The notes below the pieces were generated by a model. That model saw nothing but the letters and a program-made list of their open reading frames with translations. It searched no databases and was not told the DNA's origin. A stretch of DNA of 64,000 nt from Spirochaetota bacterium (lineage in GTDB: Bacteria; Spirochaetota; UBA4802; UBA5550). The stretch covers positions 2,080,001 to 2,144,000 of the forward strand of contig CAXXHB010000003.1 in the NCBI GenBank assembly GCA_963664815.2. The letters are read 5' to 3'. Both the position numbers and the translations under genes were made by a program. Numbering within the stretch: the stretch's first letter is position 1; every line of letters starts with the position of its first letter. Below, piece after piece: positions 52,487-61,914 of the stretch.

Positions 52487-54192
52487 AGCATGTTGAATAA
52501 TAAAAATTCAAAACAGGAAATATGAATTTTCTATAAATTTTTATTATACTTTCTAATTATTCAAATATTTTACTTCGACTTCATATACATCGCATAAACC
52601 ATCCACGACATCTTCTCACACTACTGCAGATTGAATTCCATCCCATCCTATATCCGCTACTGCCTTCTGAAGTTTTTTCAGGTTATATGTAATGCCGGCC
52701 AGAATCGATATAGTATTACATTTCTTTCGTCCCCGCCAATTCAAACGGCTCAGACCATTGTTGAATTTCAAGTCAAAGAAATTGTGTTCTTTTCCAATAC
52801 GCCTGTTATATTTATACTTCCATTCTTCGCTTTGCATTCGATCTCTATATTTGAACCAGAGTTCTTTATTATCAACATAGGTTTTTGATACCGTAAAGAC
52901 TCTGATCTTATTTCTATCCTTATCTTTCCAGCATGATGAATAATGCTCACATCCTACACAAAAATTACGGCTCAATGTGAATTTGTACTTATTGTCAGAT
53001 TTTTCTAATCTCCCCTTTTTCTTACGTTTACCTTTGCAGAAAAAATATACTCCATCTTCTTCTTGTTGTACATGATGTTCTCCCTTTATAAACCAGCTCT
53101 CTGTAAAATGTAATGGGGGTGCTATATATAAATCTTTACCTTCCTGAATTAATTCACTCATCTGTGTAATGTTGAAATAACCTTTGTCTAATAAATACTC
53201 ACTTTCACATTTAACTGCATTGCTTTCTTTAGCAACTTCTACTTTTTCTACCATATCTGAAAGCAGGCTTATATCGCTTTCTTTAGATGTGGCCTCTATT
53301 GAAAGAAGTATGTCGTTGCTGCAAAATGCCGCCTGCACGTTATATCCCTGAATATAGCTTTCATCCTTTTTAAGAAGCTTACTCTCACTATCGGTTAAGT
53401 TCACTTTTGTTTCAGGTGTGATTCTTTCCTCTTTGACCTCATCCTCATATGACTTTATTTTCATCATGATCTGGTCATATTTATTTTTCTGCTTTTCTAT
53501 CAGATCTTTCTCTTTATTTAATTCTTCTTCGCTTATTTCGTCATTATCTTTTAACTCTGATATGTATTTTGCTCTCGCTAAAAGTTTCGCGGATAGGTTC
53601 TCATAATGTTTTAGCTTCTTATCGAAACCTTCCTTGTCTCGTGTAAATTCTTTACTGGCATTACTGCTTATCTTTGTACCGTCTATCATTATTCTGCGCC
53701 AGTCTATCAGATTTAATTCTTCAAGTATATATAATAAACGGGCAAAGATAACTGGAATCTGATCTGGAAAATCGTTAAGAAAACGGCAAAGTGTCGAATA
53801 ATCTATTGATCTGCCGCCGCTTAAAAATAAAAATCCGGGATGATTGCGATTAAGCATTCTCTCGATCTTTCTCATCGACTCTATCCCCTGGCTTAATCCA
53901 TATAAAATTACTTTCAATTTTGCCGAGGGCTCTATCGCCTTTTGCCCTACCGTATCATTCTTATATTTTTTATCAAATGGTTTTGTATCAACATATTCAT
54001 CTATGAATCTATCAATTACCTTCTCTATTGAATTATCATCAAATATTTCTTCCGGATATATTGTTAAAAAATATCCTTGCCCCCTCTCTATAGGTTTATA
54101 CTTTGCCATGTATAATCTCCATACCTTTGATATTTTCATCATGGTTTATAATTTCCTGCCTGTCAATTAATACTTTGATTAATCAACAGGCA
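52487..54192 (-). mobile_element. IS1182-family element
   Basis: Imperfect IRs GCATGTTGAATAAT / GCCTGTTGATTAAT; 6-bp direct repeat AGGGGT (52481-52486, 54193-54198). Confidence 0.85.
52616..54142 (-). CDS. IS1182 transposase (start may be MAKYK)
   Basis: SMRKIE, IDYSTLCRF, IDGTKI.SNAS, GYNVQ, LDKGY and YNLKK motifs. Confidence 0.9.
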   Translation of the reverse strand: MMKISKVWRLYMAKYKPIERGQGYFLTIYPEEIFDDNSIEKVIDRFIDEYVDTKPFDKKYKNDTVGQKAIEPSAKLKVILYGLSQGIESMRKIERMLNRNHPGFLFLSGGRSIDYSTLCRFLNDFPDQIPVIFARLLYILEELNLIDWRRIMIDGTKISSNASKEFTRDKEGFDKKLKHYENLSAKLLARAKYISELKDNDEISEEELNKEKDLIEKQKNKYDQIMMKIKSYEDEVKEERITPETKVNLTDSESKLLKKDESYIQGYNVQAAFCSNDILLSIEATSKESDISLLSDMVEKVEVAKESNAVKCESEYLLDKGYFNITQMSELIQEGKDLYIAPPLHFTESWFIKGEHHVQQEEDGVYFFCKGKRKKKGRLEKSDNKYKFTLSRNFCVGCEHYSSCWKDKDRNKIRVFTVSKTYVDNKELWFKYRDRMQSEEWKYKYNRRIGKEHNFFDLKFNNGLSRLNWRGRKKCNTISILAGITYNLKKLQKAVADIGWDGIQSAVV

Positions 54193-54465
54193 AGGGGTGC
54201 GGGGTCTTAAGAGTCAAGGTTGCTGAAGGTATACTTCACAGACAGTTCAGCTTTGCCCCTTTCAGGGGTGCGGGGTCTTAAGAGTCAAGGTTGCTGAAGG
54301 TATACTTCACAGACAGTTCAGCTTTGCCCCTTCTGGGCGCCCGAGCGTAGCGACAAAGTACCCCCGGGGTAGGTGCGGGGTCTGAGAGTTACAGGTTGCT
54401 GAAGATATATTTGCCCCTTCCAATACGCTGCACTGAGCTGCGCCGAGGTGTGCGGGTGCTGATGA
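54193..54465. repeat. 71-bp tandem repeat plus degenerate copies
   Basis: CTTTGCCCCT at 54251 and 54322; GGTGCGGGGTCT...GGTTGCTGAAG recurs three times. Confidence 0.8.
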
Positions 54466-54617
54466 GTACCAGTTCCTTAAAATTTAATATTGACATAATC
54501 ATATCTTATGTTTTGATTTAAATTCAGTGTTGTAACGTTGAAATAAAGCTTATGAGAGATCTTTCCCCTTAATTCAGAAGTGTACTTCTCTCATGTTTTT
54601 TTATATATAATTAATAT

Positions 54618-55376
54618 ATGCTTTCTGGAAAATCTATGCTGAATGAAAATGAACTGAAAAGATATAAACGTCAGATGGAAATACCGGGATGGGATATTTC
54701 CACTCAGGAGAGACTTAAAAACTCCACAGTCTTTGTCGCCGGAGCCGGCGGACTGGGGAGTCCTGTTCTGTACTACCTTGCCGCGGCGGGTATAGGTCAT
54801 ATAAAGGTCTGCGACAGGGATAAAATTGAGTTATCCAACCTCAACCGTCAGATATTATATAAAACGTCTGATACAGGCATGTTCAAGGCTGAAACAGCTT
54901 CAGAAAGGGCAGCAGATCTCAATGATTCAGTCAGAGTAACCTTCTTCAACTCCGAGGCCGGCATGCAGATGTATAATGAAATCAGGGATTGCGATATTAT
55001 TGTAGACTGCCTTGATAATTTCAGTTCAAGGCATATTCTTAACCGCATATCTCTTGAAACAGGTATCCCTATGATGCATGCAGGTGTATCTGAATATTAT
55101 GCCCAGATGACTTTCCTTCAGCCGGGCGTAACACCTTGCCTTGCCTGCTTTATTCCTGAAGAAATAAATATTACTCCAGGGGGGATAACAGGCGCAATGG
55201 CCGGAATTGCAGGTTCCATGCAGGCCCTTGAGGTAATCAAATATCTGACCGGTTCCGGTGATATTTTAAAAAACAGGCTTCTTCATATTGACGGCAGGTC
55301 AATGGAAATCACATCAATTGCAATCAGAAAAAACCCGGAATGTAAAGTCTGTCCCGGATTACATAGTATAAACTAG
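54618..55376 (+). CDS. ThiF/MoeB-family adenylyltransferase
   Basis: RYKRQ, GAGGLGS, SNLNRQ, PCLAC and CKVC motifs. Confidence 0.92.
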   Translation: MLSGKSMLNENELKRYKRQMEIPGWDISTQERLKNSTVFVAGAGGLGSPVLYYLAAAGIGHIKVCDRDKIELSNLNRQILYKTSDTGMFKAETASERAADLNDSVRVTFFNSEAGMQMYNEIRDCDIIVDCLDNFSSRHILNRISLETGIPMMHAGVSEYYAQMTFLQPGVTPCLACFIPEEINITPGGITGAMAGIAGSMQALEVIKYLTGSGDILKNRLLHIDGRSMEITSIAIRKNPECKVCPGLHSIN

Positions 55377-55379
55377 AGG

Positions 55380-55694
55380 TTGAATATGTTTAAAAAATCA
55401 AGAATCATTATGGCCGCAATTCTCATTTTGCTTGTTATCGGAGCTTACTTCTACTTCTCCTACTATTTCACCGCCGAACAGAAGAATATTACCCAGAGAA
55501 AGATCGAATCCATTACCGGTCAGAACCTGGTCGTCACAGTATTCGGCTTTGACGGAAGGATAATCAAGAGATGGACCGGCATTAAAAAAATCACATCGTT
55601 TAACGATCAGAGAAACTACACTTTCTTTTATACAAAAGAGGGGAAATATGTGCAGATCCCCGATTCGGTATGGTATATAGCAGAAGAGGAATAG
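55380..55694 (+). CDS. Small membrane-anchored hypothetical protein
   Basis: N-terminal TM segment; operonic spacing. Confidence 0.7.
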   Translation: MNMFKKSRIIMAAILILLVIGAYFYFSYYFTAEQKNITQRKIESITGQNLVVTVFGFDGRIIKRWTGIKKITSFNDQRNYTFFYTKEGKYVQIPDSVWYIAEEE

Positions 55695-55695
55695 T

Positions 55696-57783
55696 TTGCT
55701 TGATCTTCCCGTTACATCAATACATGGTATAGGGAGTGTAAAATCCGGCGTACTTAAAAACGAGGCTGGCATTGAAACAGTGGAGGATCTGCTTTACTAT
55801 CTTCCTCGAAGATATCTCGACAGGTCACTGATTAAACGTATTGTTGACTGTTTTTCCGATGAATCGGTAACTGTTGCCGGAAATATAGTTTCGGTTCAGC
55901 TTATCCGCAGAAAAAAAGTTCTTCTGCAGGTGGATGTATCCGACGGCACAGATATAATATCGGCTGTCTTCTTCGGCGCTGCCGGTTATCTCTCAAAACT
56001 TTTCCATGAAGGGGACTATGTTATACTCTCCGGAAAAGTCAGTATTGTCAGAACCAGGCAGATTATTCATCCCGATTTTGATTTTACAGATGAAGGTTCA
56101 GAGATAAAATCAATCAATACAGGGAGAATTATCCCTCTTTACAGATCCACGGAGACGCTTAAAAAGAACGGTTTCGATTCACGGGGTTTCAGGAGAGCGG
56201 TCCGGGCCGCCCTTGAAAAATACGGTTCGTCAATACAGGAGACACTCCCGCAGAGAATTATCGAAAAATATAATCTGATAGATATTGACGACGCTCTCAG
56301 GGGAATACATTTCCCCGACAGCATGGAACATGCTGAGAGGTCGAGAATTCGGCTGTCTTTCAATGAAATATTTTTTTACCAGTATTATATACTTCTTGTA
56401 AAAAAAGCAAATATGAAGGAGACATTCAATGACAGGACAACAGCCGTTGATGTTATTGAACCTTTCCTGAAAACCCTTGATTTTACCCTTACAAATGACC
56501 AGCTAACCGCACTGAATGAAATAAAAAATGATCTCTGCTCTCCATATCCTATGAACAGGCTTCTTCAGGGGGATGTCGGTTCCGGAAAAACCGTTGTATC
56601 ATTCGCTACTGCACTCATATCAATAAACAGGGGTGAACAGGCGGCATTAATGGTACCAACCGAAATTCTCTCGCAGCAGCACTATGAGACAGCTCTTAAG
56701 CTTCTCCCTGCATATGTAAAAACCATCCTCATTACCGGCAGCATGACTCAAAAGGAGAAGAACATCGCCTGCGAAATGGTATCCTCCGGAGAGGTAAATT
56801 TTATTATTGGAACTCATTCTCTTATCCAGTCAGGCATTGTTTTTGCAAATCTCGGTTATATTATAATAGACGAACAGCACAGGTTTGGAGTTGAACAGAG
56901 GGGTAAACTCCGTGTTAAGGGGAAATCACCCGATCTCCTTATAATGACAGCAACGCCAATACCGAGGTCGCTGTCGATGACGCTCTACGGTGATCTTGAT
57001 GTTTCATATATACGTGAAAAGCCCTCCAGCAGGCTTCCGGTTAAAACGATGGCTTTCCCCGATTCAAGGCTGAAGGGTGTCTATAACTCGATGAGAAACT
57101 ACATGGCACAGGGTAGGCAGATTTTTTATGTCCTCCCGATAATTGAAGAATCGGAAAAGACAGATTTAAAATCGGCTGTGGAGACTTTCAATCTATTGAA
57201 AGATGAGATATTTCCCGGTATACCTGTAGCGCTGCTCCACGGTAAGATGCCTCAGGCTGAGAAGGATCCTGTAATGAACAGTTTCCGTGATGGTAATATA
57301 AAAATACTTGTGTCAACAACAGTAATTGAAGTAGGCATAGACATTCCAAACGCCAGTATAATGGTTATAGAACACTGTGAGAGATTCGGACTTTCACAGC
57401 TCCACCAGCTGCGCGGGAGAGTTGGACGTGGTGAACACCAGTCTTTCTGCATACTTGTACATCCTGAAGGAATATCAGGAGATGCATGTGAAAGAATAAA
57501 GATTATGACAGAAACCGATGACGGTTTTTTAATATCAGAAAAAGATCTTCAGCTCAGAGGGAGCGGTGAACTTACAGGAACAAGGCAGCACGGTTTTTCC
57601 GACTTCGAATTTACAAACCTTGCCACAGATACAGATTTAATTATAAACGCAAGGGAAGAAGCCGTAAAAATTGTATCGGAAATACCTGACGCAGAAGATG
57701 AACTGGAAAACATCAGAAACAGGAGGTTCAGCAGACAATTTAAAGGCCTGAGGCATAAAAAGATTCTTTCGCTGCTATCTTAG
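55696..57783 (+). CDS. recG: ATP-dependent DNA helicase RecG
   Basis: QGDVGSGKT, DEQHRFG, TATPIPR and QLRGRVGRG motifs. Confidence 0.97.
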   Translation: MLDLPVTSIHGIGSVKSGVLKNEAGIETVEDLLYYLPRRYLDRSLIKRIVDCFSDESVTVAGNIVSVQLIRRKKVLLQVDVSDGTDIISAVFFGAAGYLSKLFHEGDYVILSGKVSIVRTRQIIHPDFDFTDEGSEIKSINTGRIIPLYRSTETLKKNGFDSRGFRRAVRAALEKYGSSIQETLPQRIIEKYNLIDIDDALRGIHFPDSMEHAERSRIRLSFNEIFFYQYYILLVKKANMKETFNDRTTAVDVIEPFLKTLDFTLTNDQLTALNEIKNDLCSPYPMNRLLQGDVGSGKTVVSFATALISINRGEQAALMVPTEILSQQHYETALKLLPAYVKTILITGSMTQKEKNIACEMVSSGEVNFIIGTHSLIQSGIVFANLGYIIIDEQHRFGVEQRGKLRVKGKSPDLLIMTATPIPRSLSMTLYGDLDVSYIREKPSSRLPVKTMAFPDSRLKGVYNSMRNYMAQGRQIFYVLPIIEESEKTDLKSAVETFNLLKDEIFPGIPVALLHGKMPQAEKDPVMNSFRDGNIKILVSTTVIEVGIDIPNASIMVIEHCERFGLSQLHQLRGRVGRGEHQSFCILVHPEGISGDACERIKIMTETDDGFLISEKDLQLRGSGELTGTRQHGFSDFEFTNLATDTDLIINAREEAVKIVSEIPDAEDELENIRNRRFSRQFKGLRHKKILSLLS

Positions 57784-57815
57784 GAAAATTCATTCCCGAA
57801 TCCAGAAAACATGTA

Positions 57816-57937
57816 TTACACACCCTGAGATTTTTTATACATTGAGATTTTTTATACACATTGAGAGTTTTATACACATTGAGAGTTTTTATGCACCCTG
57901 AAAGTTTTTTACGCACCCTGAGCGGAGCCGAAGGGTG
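57816..57937. repeat. ~18-20-bp degenerate tandem repeat ending in a REP-like hairpin
   Basis: About six (T)nATACACATTGAGAG-like units, then CACCCTGAGCGGAGCCGAAGGGTG, between convergent genes. Confidence 0.7.
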
Positions 57938-57947
57938 CGTATATTCA

Positions 57948-59840
57948 CTAAGCTTCAACATCAATTAAATTTTCATCACTTTCGTTTTTAGCGGTTTTCC
58001 CGTTAGCAAGCGCAGGCAGCTCTTCTCCTGCCATTATTTTTTTAATCTCTCCGGCGTCGAGAGTCTCTCTCTCTATCAGATTTTTCGCAAGAGACTCAAA
58101 CTTCTCCTTTCCTTCGAGGAGTTTTTTTCTTGCCTCATCAAGGCAGAATTTTATTATCCCGTCAACCTCCTCGTCAATCAGCTTTGCTGTGGATTCGCTG
58201 AAATCACGGTGCTGGGATATCTCCCTGCCGAGAAAAATCTGTTCCTGTTTCGCCCCGAATGACATAGGTCCAATCCTGTCGCTCATTCCCCATTCGGTAA
58301 CCATTTTTCTTGCGATGTCAGATGCCCTTGCAATGTCATTGCTTGAACCGGTTGTTACCTCTCCGAACTTATATTCCTCCGCGAGGTGGCCGCCGAAAAG
58401 AATCTGTATCTGGTTAAGCCAGTGATTTTTTGAATGAAGATGTTTCTCTTCAGCCGGCAGCTGCATTGTAAGGCCAAGCGCCCTTCCGCGAGGTATAATT
58501 GTAACTTTGTGAATAGGGTCCGAACCGGTCATTATCCCGAGAATAGCATGTCCCGATTCATGGTATGCAATTATCTCTTTTTCGGAGTCGCTTATAAGCA
58601 TAGAGCGCCTTTCGGGCCCCATAAGGACTTTATCCTTCGCCTCCTCCATCTCCTGCATTCCAACCCTTTTCTTGTTCTTTCTGGCTGTAAGCAGTGCACC
58701 TTCATTTACAAGGTTAGCAAGATCGGCTCCGGTAAATCCCGGTGTGCCGCGGGCTATTACCTTAAGATCAACCTCGCGTGAAAGAGGTATTTTCTTTGTA
58801 TGTACTGCAAGTATCTTTTCACGACCCTTTATATCGGGAATGTCAACTACAACCTGTCTGTCAAAACGTCCCGGCCTCAGTAAAGCGGGATCAAGAACAT
58901 CAGGCCTGTTCGTTGCTGCAATAATAATAACACCCTCATTTGTTTCAAATCCGTCCATCTCCACAAGCAGCTGGTTCAGGGTCTGCTCCCTTTCATCATG
59001 CCCCCCTCCGAGACCGGCACCCCTGAGACGGCCTACAGCATCAATTTCATCTATAAATATTATGCATGGCGCACTTTTTTTACCCTGTTCAAAAAGATCC
59101 CTTACCCTGGACGCTCCGACACCTACAAACATCTCAACGAAGTCCGAACCGCTGATTGAAAAAAAAGGTACTCCGGCCTCTCCGGCTATTGCCCTTGCAA
59201 GCAGTGTTTTGCCTGTTCCGGGGGGGCCCACAAGAAGAACACCGGTTGGTATCCTGGCACCTATATTGACAAACTTCTTCGGCTCTTTGAGAAACTCAAC
59301 TATCTCCTTAAGCTCCTCTTTGGCCTCATCCGCACCCGCAACGTCGTTAAAATTAACCTTGTTCTTCAGATCCGGATTAAGCTTTGCCTTGCTTTTACCG
59401 AATGCAAGCGCCTTGTTCCCCGCCCCCTGTATCTGACGGAACATAAGGAACCATATAAATGCGAAGAAGAGAAGCCACGGAAGGAAGTTAAGTATACCTT
59501 TAAGAAGAATCTTGTCATCCTCATCCGATCCCTCAATTGCAACTTTGCTGTCCCTGAGTGTTTTAATGAGATTAGGATCTTCATAAGGAATCAGCGTAAC
59601 GAAATCATACCCGTCACCACTCTGTCTTACATTTTTGTTCTCAGAGCTTTTATATTTACCGGAAATTTTTCTTCCGTTATCAATACGCACTTTAGCAATC
59701 TCATTGTTGGCAGCCTTGTCCAGAAAAACACTATAATCCAGATCAACCTTTTCTGTTCCGGTCTCGTTAATTTTGAAAATAGCCATAACTATAAGCCCGA
59801 TCAGCAGAAAAAAAGCTATCTGTTTTGTTACTTTATTCAT
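57948..59840 (-). CDS. ftsH: ATP-dependent zinc metalloprotease FtsH
   Basis: Two TM segments, [11 protein letters not shown] ([10 protein letters not shown]), HESGH. Confidence 0.97.
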   Translation of the reverse strand: MNKVTKQIAFFLLIGLIVMAIFKINETGTEKVDLDYSVFLDKAANNEIAKVRIDNGRKISGKYKSSENKNVRQSGDGYDFVTLIPYEDPNLIKTLRDSKVAIEGSDEDDKILLKGILNFLPWLLFFAFIWFLMFRQIQGAGNKALAFGKSKAKLNPDLKNKVNFNDVAGADEAKEELKEIVEFLKEPKKFVNIGARIPTGVLLVGPPGTGKTLLARAIAGEAGVPFFSISGSDFVEMFVGVGASRVRDLFEQGKKSAPCIIFIDEIDAVGRLRGAGLGGGHDEREQTLNQLLVEMDGFETNEGVIIIAATNRPDVLDPALLRPGRFDRQVVVDIPDIKGREKILAVHTKKIPLSREVDLKVIARGTPGFTGADLANLVNEGALLTARKNKKRVGMQEMEEAKDKVLMGPERRSMLISDSEKEIIAYHESGHAILGIMTGSDPIHKVTIIPRGRALGLTMQLPAEEKHLHSKNHWLNQIQILFGGHLAEEYKFGEVTTGSSNDIARASDIARKMVTEWGMSDRIGPMSFGAKQEQIFLGREISQHRDFSESTAKLIDEEVDGIIKFCLDEARKKLLEGKEKFESLAKNLIERETLDAGEIKKIMAGEELPALANGKTAKNESDENLIDVEA

Positions 59841-59993
59841 TCTTTACTCCTGAAATGTCTGTATGAAAATAGACCACAATTAATATATACTTTTTATTTT
59901 CAAGTTTTAAAACATATTTCTATACAAATTTAACATAATAATTATTAAATGCATTTTTTTTAAACCGGACAGAATTGTTTTAATTAAATAAAA

Positions 59994-61409
59994 TCAATAA
60001 TCACGGAAAAAAAAAGCAAGTATCCTTTTGGTATCTTTCCTGATATGGAAGTTACATGATACTCTGTTATTATCTGAATTTACTAAACCTGGAAGATACG
60101 CGGCAATATCCCTATCCGCCACAATCAGCGGTATACTATTTTTCATTTTACTGTCAAGTTTCTTTTCTATCATTAAATCTTTAATTTTTTTTGTTCCCGA
60201 TTCAGTTTTAATACGATCACCCGGCCGCCTGTTTCTTAATTTAACAGTTCCGGACAGATTGTCACCCCGGATAAACACTATATCATCTACTGAGCTGTTC
60301 AGTTTGTAGAATTCATAACTGACAAACCCGGCATGCAGGCTTTTTTTTATCTCCTCCACATTTATGGCAATACTCTCTTCCAGCGGCACCGTATATTCCC
60401 ATTCTGCCATATTATCAGATGAAATATTTCCCGTTGAAATACTTACAATCTTTCTCCCTGACTTTAATCCTTTTTTTATAACAAAATGATCCTTTTCATA
60501 TAAAATCATATTTGATGATTCCGAGTTGTATCTTTTAACGATTTCTTTATGAACAGATGTTTTTATCTTCAGGCCGTACACTTCATACAGTGTACGTGCT
60601 ATGTAGTATTTAACCAGCGGAATGTTTTCATGGAATCCTGTAACATCTATTACTGCCTCATCCCCGTTTTTACTGACAGCACCAGGATGCAGTTCATCTG
60701 CAAGTCTTCCAAGCAGTGACTGATTTTCAGCTGCGTGACCGGAAAGCCTGAAAAGATTCTCCTCCGCATCGGGAAACCTGGTTAAAACTGCAGGAATAAC
60801 AACATTACGGATATAATTTCTCAGATAGGTATTGTCATTATTTGAAAGATCCTCTCTCCATTCAATTTTTTTATTATCAAGAAATGAATAGATTTCACTC
60901 TTCCCGGCGAAAAGTACAGGCCTTATTATATTATCAACATGAGGACTAATCCCTTTAATTCCCGTAATTCCTGTGCCGGAAAATGCCCGCATAAGCACTG
61001 TTTCCGCATTGTCATTCATGTTATGTGCAGTTGCGATTTTGTCATAACAGCCGGTTTCCGAAATTTTTTTCAGGAATGAATACCTGACAGACCTTGCGTG
61101 TTCCTCAAATGAGATATCGCTGCTTTTGTTTCTTTTAAAATCAAAACGTTCAATATGGCATGGAATACCCAGCTCCATGCACCTGTCTTTTACAAAAACT
61201 TCATCAAGGTCTGACTCATCTCCGCGGGTTAAATGGTTAAGGTGAAAGACTCCGACAGCAAAATCTAATTCCCTCCGCAGATTATTCATAAGATGAAGCA
61301 TAAACATCGAATCTTTACCTGCGGAAAGCGAAAGGAGAATTTTTTCTCCCGGGGATATCAGGTTATTATTCAGCACATAATTTCTGAACCTGTTATACAT
61401 GTTATCCAT
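59994..61409 (-). CDS. tilS: tRNA(Ile)-lysidine synthetase
   Basis: SAGKDS PP-loop, TAHN.ND.AET, RN.IR; located upstream of ftsH. Confidence 0.93.
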   Translation of the reverse strand: MDNMYNRFRNYVLNNNLISPGEKILLSLSAGKDSMFMLHLMNNLRRELDFAVGVFHLNHLTRGDESDLDEVFVKDRCMELGIPCHIERFDFKRNKSSDISFEEHARSVRYSFLKKISETGCYDKIATAHNMNDNAETVLMRAFSGTGITGIKGISPHVDNIIRPVLFAGKSEIYSFLDNKKIEWREDLSNNDNTYLRNYIRNVVIPAVLTRFPDAEENLFRLSGHAAENQSLLGRLADELHPGAVSKNGDEAVIDVTGFHENIPLVKYYIARTLYEVYGLKIKTSVHKEIVKRYNSESSNMILYEKDHFVIKKGLKSGRKIVSISTGNISSDNMAEWEYTVPLEESIAINVEEIKKSLHAGFVSYEFYKLNSSVDDIVFIRGDNLSGTVKLRNRRPGDRIKTESGTKKIKDLMIEKKLDSKMKNSIPLIVADRDIAAYLPGLVNSDNNRVSCNFHIRKDTKRILAFFFRDY

Positions 61410-61431
61410 ATGCTGCCTGTCAAATGCCTGG

Positions 61432-61914
61432 TCAGATTTTAACTGCTGTAAATATTTCTTCTTCCAGAGAATTCATAATTTTCTCATCTTCGGCCGATCG
61501 TTCATGATCGTAACCGAGAAGATGAAGAATACCATGGATAATAAGGCGTTTTAATTCATCTCCGGTTGTGACTCCGTACTCAACAGCCTGTTCAGATGCT
61601 TTTTCCAGCGATATATATATGTCACCGAGTTCTTCAATACTGTTTTCAACTGCCGGGAACGGGTCATCCCTGTAGGCAAAGCTTATTACATCGGTAGGTT
61701 TATCCTTTCCCCTGTACCCGGAGTTTAAAGTTTTAATATATCCGTTGTCTGTGAGTATCAGGTTTACTGATATACCGTCTGTTTTTGTATGACTGAGGAC
61801 TGCATCTGCAACCGAGTGAAAGAATATTTCATTAAAATTTTCATAAGGCAGGGAAATGCTCCCTTCAGTAAAAATTCCTATATTGCGCATATCAGGAACC
61901 GGCTGATTTTTCAT
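61432..61914 (-). CDS. ybeY: rRNA maturation RNase YbeY
   Basis: PTDVISF, LGDIYIS, HGILHLLGYDH. Confidence 0.95.
   Translation of the reverse strand: MKNQPVPDMRNIGIFTEGSISLPYENFNEIFFHSVADAVLSHTKTDGISVNLILTDNGYIKTLNSGYRGKDKPTDVISFAYRDDPFPAVENSIEELGDIYISLEKASEQAVEYGVTTGDELKRLIIHGILHLLGYDHERSAEDEKIMNSLEEEIFTAVKI

Noticed and set aside
54193-54465. 71-bp repeats as a CRISPR array
   Set aside because: Whole units are identical with no unique spacers, and there are no cas genes.
57740-57964. 74-aa ORF with KTLNVY repeats
   Set aside because: Translation of the intergenic tandem repeat; overlaps the ends of recG and ftsH.
58189-59436. Plus-strand ORFs within ftsH
   Set aside because: Antisense shadows of a conserved gene.
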